From an uncultured Gammaproteobacteria bacterium (GTDB lineage Bacteria; Pseudomonadota; Gammaproteobacteria; UBA9214), in assembly GCA_963773065.1 (NCBI GenBank), contig CAVYZN010000023.1:1-64000 (forward strand): DNA of 64,000 nt. The letters run 5' to 3'. Below the pieces are notes generated by a model. That model saw only the letters and a program-made list of their open reading frames with translations. It searched no databases and had not been told where the DNA came from. A program made the position numbers and the translations under genes. Below, in pieces: positions 57,607 through 64,000 of the stretch (its first letter is position 1; every line of letters begins with the position of its first letter).

Positions 57607-60417
57607 GCGAAGCCATTTCTGACGTACAAGATCATCCAAACCGATGACAGGGTCCGGGTGCGGACGCATCCGGAGTGGGGCACGGGCGAGGTGTTGCGGG
57701 TTTCCCAAGAGTTCGGCGTTTATCAAGCCAAGGTTCTCTTCAAGACGAGCGAAGGGGAACACGTCGAGAACCTGCCGGTGGAATGGCTGGAGAAGACCGC
57801 CGACCTCTGGGAACGTCTGGCGGCCGGTGACTTCGACAGTCCCGAAGATTACCGCATCAAGCAGATGGCGCTGGACATGAGCTACGCCAACACCGGCGGT
57901 GAGCTATCCGCCAGCCGTGTGGATCTGCTGCCACATCAGATCCTGCTGGTGCACGACCTGGTCGGGCAATCGCCGCGGCGCATACTGATCGCCGATGAGG
58001 TGGGTCTTGGCAAGACCATCGAGACCGGCATGCTGATCCGCGAGCTGATTGCGCGCGGCGACGCCAAGCGCATCCTGATCGTGGCCCCGGCGGGTCTGGT
58101 TGAGAACTGGCGCCGGGAGTTGGAAGGCTGTTTCCGGTTGCACTTCGATATCCTGGGAAGAGATTTCCAGGATCACGGCTCGGCCGCTTGGGAACGGCAC
58201 AGCCAGGTCATTGCCTCGATTGATACGCTGAAGCAGCAGCGCCGGTTGCAGCGCCTGCTCGCCGCCGCGCCCTGGGACTTGGTGATCTTCGATGAGGCGC
58301 ACCATGTTTCGCGCACGCGCAGCGGCAAAAAAACGGTGACGACCCAGAATTACAAGCTGGCCGAGGCATTGCGCAACCACACGCGCGATCTGATGTTCCT
58401 CTCGGCGACGCCGCACCAAGGCAACGCTTTTCAGTTCTGGTCGCTGCTCCAGATTCTGGACGATCAGCTTTTCGCCAACCCGGACGCCATTACCCACCAC
58501 CGCGGCTTGTTAAACCGTGTGATGATCCGGCGCACCAAGCGCGAGGTGACCGATGTCTCAGGCAAGCCAATTTTCCGCCGGCGTCTGGTATATACCGAAC
58601 GCTTCTCCCTCGCCCCACGCGAGCGACTAGTTCTACGAGCAGTTGAGCGACTATCTGCGTGAAGGCTACAACGCCGCCGGAATTGATCAGAAGCGCACCA
58701 CCAACCAACAGCGGGCCATCGGGTTTGTGATGGCGACATTCCAGAAGATCATGTCGTCGAGTCCGCGGGCAATCCGTCAGGCCCTGCGCCGCAGGCTGCT
58801 TGTACTGCTTGCGCGTAAGCAATTGGAGCTGGAAGTCAGGCGCCGCAGCACACAAGCGCCTGCCAAGGCGGCGGTGTGGGCCGAGGAGATCCTGCGCATA
58901 CAGGACGAAATGCTGGCCGTCGCCAAGGCGATTCTGGGTGAGGGTTCCGCCACGAATAGCGATGCCGAGGCCTACGTCGGGCGCATCCGGCGTCGCTTGC
59001 AGAAGCGTGAAGAGCAGTTGGAAGTGACGGAGTGGTCGCTGGATGGCGATGAGGAGGGGGAAGAAGGAGTATTTGCCGAATCCAATATCCCGGATGAAAT
59101 TCCGAAGGTGCGTGATTTGATTGCGAACGTCCCCGATGGGCCGGATCGCCGCTTCGAGACTCTGGTGCGCGCCATCAGTGACTTGACGCGGGATAACACC
59201 ACCGAGAGGGTTTGTGATCTTCACGCAATACCGGGATACGCTCGGGTTTCTCGCCGAAGAACTGGGCCGTATCTTCGGACGATCGCTACATCGCGACGCT
59301 TAAGGGCGGGCCGCTGGAGGATAAGATCGCGGCGATGGAGGCGTTCTGGAAGGAAGACGGCGCGCGCTTCCTGATTTGCACCTCGGCGGGCGGCGAAGGC
59401 ATCAACCTGCAGATCGGTCGAATTCTCTTCAATTACGATCTGCCCTGGAATCCGATGGCGGTGGAGCAGCGCATTGGCCGCATTCATCGCTACGGGCAAC
59501 AGGAAACTGTGCAGGTGTACAACCTCTTTGCCGAGGACACGGTCGAGCAGCGGATTTACGACCTGCTCGACCATAAGTTGCAGGAAATTGCCCAGTCCAT
59601 CGGCAAGGTGGACGACCAGGGTTCACCACGAGAGGATTTCCGCAGCGAAATTTTGGGTCTTTTGGGCAGCCGTCCAGATTACCAGGATCTCTACAAGCGC
59701 GCGCTGGTGGATCAAGACTATCGCCGGACGGAGAAGGAACTGGCCGTGATGATCAACGAGGCCAACCGGGCACGGGAAGCATTGGGTGCACTTTCGCAGG
59801 ACCTCACAGGTTTCAATCTGGAGAACTATCGCAAAATCGAAGGCCGGCACACGCTCGACGAGTTAGGCCAGTGGGTGCGCGCGGCGGTGCTTCGTCTGGG
59901 CGGCGGCACCATCCCGGAAGGCGAGTTCTGGACATTCCATACCCCTGAGGCGTTACAGCGCCGGTATCACCTCGCGCCGCGCTACGAGAAAATGTGTTTT
60001 GATCGCACGCTGTCCTTGCGCAGCCGCGGAAGTGAGCTGGGTGGTATCGGGCACCCCTTGGTGGATGCACTGCTCAAGGAAGCGCGGGAGCCGAACTTCA
60101 CCGGCGAGGTATCACATTTGGCAGCCGGAAATGCCATCTGTGCACGATATCTGGTGCAATACGATGGCGAACACGGCCAGATCGCAAGCCGCGTTCTTAC
60201 CCTATGTGGTACTCCCGAAGGTGACATTAAGGTCATTGATCACGTGGGGTGGGTGCTAGGGCAAGATGTTCCAGGCGCCGAGGCCCAACACTTTGACATT
60301 GGAAAGCTCAAGTCGCGCTTCGAGGAATTTAGGAAGAGCGTGATTCTGGAGTGGATCCCAGACCGTCAGAAGCGCGCGCGAGTTACAACAACACCAATTG
60401 GTATTCACGCTGGATAG
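57603..60417 (+). CDS. SNF2/RapA-like SF2 helicase (several frameshifts)
   Basis: LLPHQ, IADEVGLGKT, DEAHH, LSATPH, GGEGINLQ, YDLPWNP, EQRIGRIHRYGQ. Confidence 0.9.
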
Positions 60418-60477
60418 CAGTCATTGATCGAAACGGTCGCGACATGGCACTCCGCCTCTGCGGTGAATCACGCTTTT

Positions 60478-61839
60478 TCACGCGCCGGCAACCGTCATCT
60501 GCTCGATCAGCACCGAGCCCGAACGGATGTTGCCGCGCAGATCGACATCGTTGCCCACTTCGACGATGCCGAGAAACATGTCCCTCAGGTTGCCGGCCAC
60601 CGTGATCGCATCGACCGGGTAGCGGATCTCCCCGCCTTCGACCCAGAATCCGGCCACGCCGCGGGAGTAGTCGCCGGTCACCATATTGACGCCGAAACCG
60701 ATGAGTTCGGTCACCAGCAACCCCGTGTCCATCGCGCGCAGCAGGGCGGGAAGATCCTTCCCGCCGGGATCGATGGTCAGATTGCGCACGCCGCCGGCAT
60801 TGCCGGTCGTCGGCATGCCCAACTTGCACGCGGCATAGCTGTCCAGCACATAACCCTGCAGTATGCCGCCGCTGACGATGTCGCGCGCCTGCGTGGCCAC
60901 CCCTTCATGGTCATACGGCGCGCTGCCCAGCGCCTTTTTCAGCAGGGGCTGTTCGTGGATATGCATGAAACCCGGAAATACCTGCTTGCCCAGGTGGTCG
61001 ACGAGAAAGGAGGCGTTGCGGTACAGATTGCCGCCCTTGACGGCGGAGACGAAATTGCCGAACAGGCCGCCGGCGACATCGGCGGCAAACACGACCGGGA
61101 CCCGGCGCGTCGTCAGGTGCCGGGTTCCCAGACGCTGGATGGTTCGTTCACCGGCCTTGCGTCCCACCGCCGCCGGCGTTTCGAGATCATGATGATCGCG
61201 GGCGGAGAAAAACCAGTGATCCCGCTGCATCTCCTCACCCTGCCTGCCGACCACCGCGCAGCCGATGCTGTGCCGGCTGGTCTTGTAGCCGCCGAGAAAC
61301 CCGTGGCTGCTTCCCATGACACGCAGTCCGGCATGACTGGAGAGCGTGGCCCCCTCGGAATTGACGATACGCGCGTCCACGCCGCGCGCCGCATCCTCGC
61401 ATTCCCGCGCCAGGCCGATGGCCTGCTCGGCGCTGACCGGCCACGGATGATACAGATCCAGATCGGGTATCACCGTGGCCAGGCGGGCGGCGTCCGCCAG
61501 CGCGGCGCAGGGATCGCTGCTCGTGTAGCGGGCGATATCGCAGGCCGCCTTGACGGTGGCGCGCAGGCCCTCCGGCTCGAAATCCGCCGTGCTGGCGGAA
61601 CCCTTGCGGTGATCGAAGTAAACGGTCAGCCCGAGGCCGCGGTCACGGTGATATTCCAGGGTTTCCGTCTCACCGAGGCGCACGGTCACGGAAAGCCCGG
61701 TATCGATGCTGACGCCGGCCTCCACGCCATCGGCGCCCAGTTGCCGGGCCTGCGCGATCACGTCCTGCACCAGATCCTCGAGGCGGGACTGCTCGGGAAA
61801 CGGCGGCTGTGCTTCAGTCTGGATCGTCGACATAGTCAT
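60478..61839 (-). CDS. pmbA: Metalloprotease PmbA (TldE)
   Basis: VTVRLGETETLE, YDHEGV, TTGNAGG, TGDYSRG, TVAGNL. Confidence 0.95.
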   Translation of the reverse strand: MTMSTIQTEAQPPFPEQSRLEDLVQDVIAQARQLGADGVEAGVSIDTGLSVTVRLGETETLEYHRDRGLGLTVYFDHRKGSASTADFEPEGLRATVKAACDIARYTSSDPCAALADAARLATVIPDLDLYHPWPVSAEQAIGLARECEDAARGVDARIVNSEGATLSSHAGLRVMGSSHGFLGGYKTSRHSIGCAVVGRQGEEMQRDHWFFSARDHHDLETPAAVGRKAGERTIQRLGTRHLTTRRVPVVFAADVAGGLFGNFVSAVKGGNLYRNASFLVDHLGKQVFPGFMHIHEQPLLKKALGSAPYDHEGVATQARDIVSGGILQGYVLDSYAACKLGMPTTGNAGGVRNLTIDPGGKDLPALLRAMDTGLLVTELIGFGVNMVTGDYSRGVAGFWVEGGEIRYPVDAITVAGNLRDMFLGIVEVGNDVDLRGNIRSGSVLIEQMTVAGA

Positions 61840-61939
61840 TCCTTCACACGGTGGCGCGATTCTACCGGGCATCACCCGGGCGGACAAATCGGCCTGGAAC
61901 CGCTATCCTTGCAGACCGTAACCGGGAGTCGCGAGGCCC

Positions 61940-62449
61940 ATGCAGGATACGGAATTCGACCAGCCGGAAGCGCCCAGCAAGTCCCGGCGCAAGCGCGACA
62001 TGCTCGACTTGCAGAAGCTCGGCGAGGAGTTGCTCACCTTCACCGACGCTGCCTTGCGGCAGATGGGACTGCCGGAACCGTTGCTCGATGCGCTCGAAAC
62101 CGCCCGCCGGATCACGGCGCATGGCGGACTCCGGCGCCAGTTGCAATACATCGGGAAACTGATGCGCGATCTCGATACCGCTCCCATCCGCTCGGCCATC
62201 GCGTCACGGCGGCAGCAGCAAACCACCCATAGCCGGGCCTTTCACCGGCTGGAATTGCTGCGCGAGGCGCTGATCAATGACATTGATGCCGCTCTCGCCG
62301 GGGTGCTCGAACAATTTCCCGCGGCCGACCGGCAGCAATTGCGCCGACTCGCCCGCCAGGCGCGCACGGAGCGGGAAACCCGCCAGCCCCCGCGCGCGGC
62401 GCGCGCCCTGTTCCGCTACCTGCGCGAGCTGCAGGAGCACGCCGGCTGA
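61940..62449 (+). CDS. yjgA: Ribosome biogenesis factor YjgA (DarP)
   Basis: SKSRRKRDM, RRQLQYIGKLMR, DRQQLR; divergent from pmbA. Confidence 0.94.
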   Translation: MQDTEFDQPEAPSKSRRKRDMLDLQKLGEELLTFTDAALRQMGLPEPLLDALETARRITAHGGLRRQLQYIGKLMRDLDTAPIRSAIASRRQQQTTHSRAFHRLELLREALINDIDAALAGVLEQFPAADRQQLRRLARQARTERETRQPPRAARALFRYLRELQEHAG

Positions 62450-62599
62450 ACCGGCGGCGGGCGACGTTAGGCTTCAGCCCAAGTCGTGGAACCTAGGGTG
62501 TACCGGGAGTGTTCCGCGGTACGCCGACATCCAAACTGCCGGCGGGTTTGACTTCTTAACCTGCCTGCAACCTGTTTCGCCCCGCGCGCACGCAGCAGG

Positions 62600-62953
62600 C
62601 TACTCGTCGGGGCACACCAGACGCGCCAGTTGGTCGGGAATGGACCCCGCGGTGATGGGGTTCTCTTCGGAGGAGTCAGGTTGCGACGTGGCCAGTTCTT
62701 CGAGATTCTCACCCTCGCCCAGGTAGCGCACGGTGTGGGCGGCGCAGTCGAACTCCCGCTTGACGTAATGGGTGATGCCGGTCGCGACCCGTTTGACGAC
62801 CAGGGTGGGCTTGCCCGGGCTGCCGCCCTGCTCGACCAGGAAATACTGGCCCTCGAGATCCGTCTGGATGTCGATCGGGGTGTCATCGGCGAGTGCGGAC
62901 AGTGCCCCGAGCGGGCCCGATAAGGCGATAATCAGAACAGCATTCGAGCGCAT
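62600..62953 (-). CDS. Small secreted hypothetical protein
   Basis: Signal peptide, two Cys, KREFDC...YLGEG; GGAG SD. Confidence 0.6.
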   Translation of the reverse strand: MRSNAVLIIALSGPLGALSALADDTPIDIQTDLEGQYFLVEQGGSPGKPTLVVKRVATGITHYVKREFDCAAHTVRYLGEGENLEELATSQPDSSEENPITAGSIPDQLARLVCPDE

Positions 62954-62976
62954 GGGATTCTCCGGTGTCTTGGGTG

Positions 62977-63009
62977 AAAAAGGGCCCCGCCGGGTTGCCC
63001 GGCGGGGCC
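62977..63009 (-). terminator. Intrinsic terminator after the multiheme cytochrome
   Basis: GGCCCCGCCGGG-CAA-CCCGGCGGGGCC followed by a U-tract on the minus strand. Confidence 0.8.
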
Positions 63010-63046
63010 TGGTTTACGGCGGCGGCGTCCCTGCCGCCTCTAGTGG

Positions 63047-64000
63047 CTACTGGTTAGGTACGCAAGTGCTGTCCCAGTAACTCGTGCTGTGGCACACGGC
63101 GCAGCCCACTGGCTGGCCCGTCTGCACCGTCCGACTGCTGAAGGTGCGGGTGTTGAGGACGCGCGAGAGCACCGTGCCGCAACTGTTGCTGCGGCTGGTG
63201 CCGCCGTGGCAGACCTGACAGTTGCTGAAGTTCCCGCCAGGACCTTCGTGCACGCTGCTGCTCGACCACGGGGTGCTGTTGAATGCGATCCGGTGCAGTC
63301 CGTGCGGTCCGTTCAGGTTGTTCCCCGGGTTGCCGGTGCCATGACAGGTGGTGCAGTCGGCGATGGTACCAACGTGGCCCTGCAACTGGGTGGCGGTGAC
63401 GTTGTCGTTGGCGTTCGGATTGGCGTTCGGCCACTCCGCATGGGTCGCCCCATGGCAGCCCTCGCACATTACCCCGCTGTGGCCCGTGCTCACCCGGTAG
63501 AGCTGCGGATTGCCCGCGCCCGCGTTGGGAGTACCGTTGAAGGATGCCGGCACCGCGGGTTCCGCGAACCGCTTGTTGGTCGGCACGATGGGCGTCGCCT
63601 TGGCATCGCCGGTGCGGAAGGCCTGGCGCAGCCGTATGCCGTCGGTGTAGCCGTTGCTGTCCACCGTATTGACGACGAGGCCGCCGCCGGTGGTCACCCG
63701 GCTGACCGCGTCACCCGTATGGCAGGACCCGCAGCCCGGCTCGTTGGCCCATGGCACCCGCGGCGTGTTGGCGTTGGTGTAGAAGTCCTTCGCCAGGATG
63801 AAGGCCCCCGCGTTGCTCGGCGAGACGTTCTTCGAGAAGTCGTTGCCCACCTGGACCATCGAACCGTGGCAGTCGCTGCACAGCACTTCCGCATTGAACA
63901 TCGCGCCGCGCAGGCACTTGGTGTTCGTGCCCGGGTGGCACTCGTAGCAACTGTTCTCCAGCGCCGTCACGCGCGCGCTCTGGTTGGTGATGTTGCCGTT
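63047..64000 (-). CDS. Multiheme c-type cytochrome, C-terminal part (gene runs off the window)
   Basis: Seven CxxCH motifs: CYECH, CSDCH, CGSCH, CEGCH, CTTCH, CQVCH, CAVCH. Confidence 0.9.
   Translation of the reverse strand, partial: NGNITNQSARVTALENSCYECHPGTNTKCLRGAMFNAEVLCSDCHGSMVQVGNDFSKNVSPSNAGAFILAKDFYTNANTPRVPWANEPGCGSCHTGDAVSRVTTGGGLVVNTVDSNGYTDGIRLRQAFRTGDAKATPIVPTNKRFAEPAVPASFNGTPNAGAGNPQLYRVSTGHSGVMCEGCHGATHAEWPNANPNANDNVTATQLQGHVGTIADCTTCHGTGNPGNNLNGPHGLHRIAFNSTPWSSSSVHEGPGGNFSNCQVCHGGTSRSNSCGTVLSRVLNTRTFSSRTVQTGQPVGCAVCHSTSYWDSTCVPNQ

Noticed and set aside
62466-62472. GTTAGGC integron core-site-like heptamer
   Set aside because: No matching inverse core site, attC stem or integrase is visible.

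Overview
GC-rich gammaproteobacterial chromosome segment; the SoxH-like MBL hydrolase, multiheme cytochrome and HPr kinase suggest, by inference, a sulfur-oxidiser-like lineage. The backbone is conserved housekeeping synteny: two tRNA-Ser genes, mltF, tadA, guaAB, xseA, sspAB, petABC, nif3, degS, hisGDC, murA, ibaG, mlaFEDCB, kdsDC, lptCAB, rpoN-hpf-ptsN-hprK-rapZ-IIA-HPr-EI, pmbA and yjgA. Many core genes carry single-base frameshifts, so most breaks are probably sequencing or assembly indels. Accessory parts are: (1) a ~13 kb co-oriented operon between the PTS enzyme I gene and pmbA, encoding a DUF499-like ATPase, a short PglZ-like phosphatase, three cargo effectors (PD-(D/E)XK nuclease, RHH-PIN, HEPN-like), a DUF1156-like adenine methyltransferase, a small unknown ORF and a SNF2 helicase. 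It looks like a BREX/restriction-like hybrid defence system and is the best candidate for a little-described system. (2) A dispersed, nested family of GGA-loop hairpins resembling CsrA/RsmA binding sites, found in tRNA-Ser trailers, upstream of degS and inside a TIR-bounded MITE-like element. (3) An island scar between guaA and tadA (duplicated hicA, truncated hicB, truncated NERD-helicase). (4) An AT-richer glycosyltransferase insert between degS and hisC. (5) A Bacillus-type prkA-yhbH-spoVR cluster next to two sigma32-type hsp20 genes. All family assignments come from motif recognition by eye; no database search was run.
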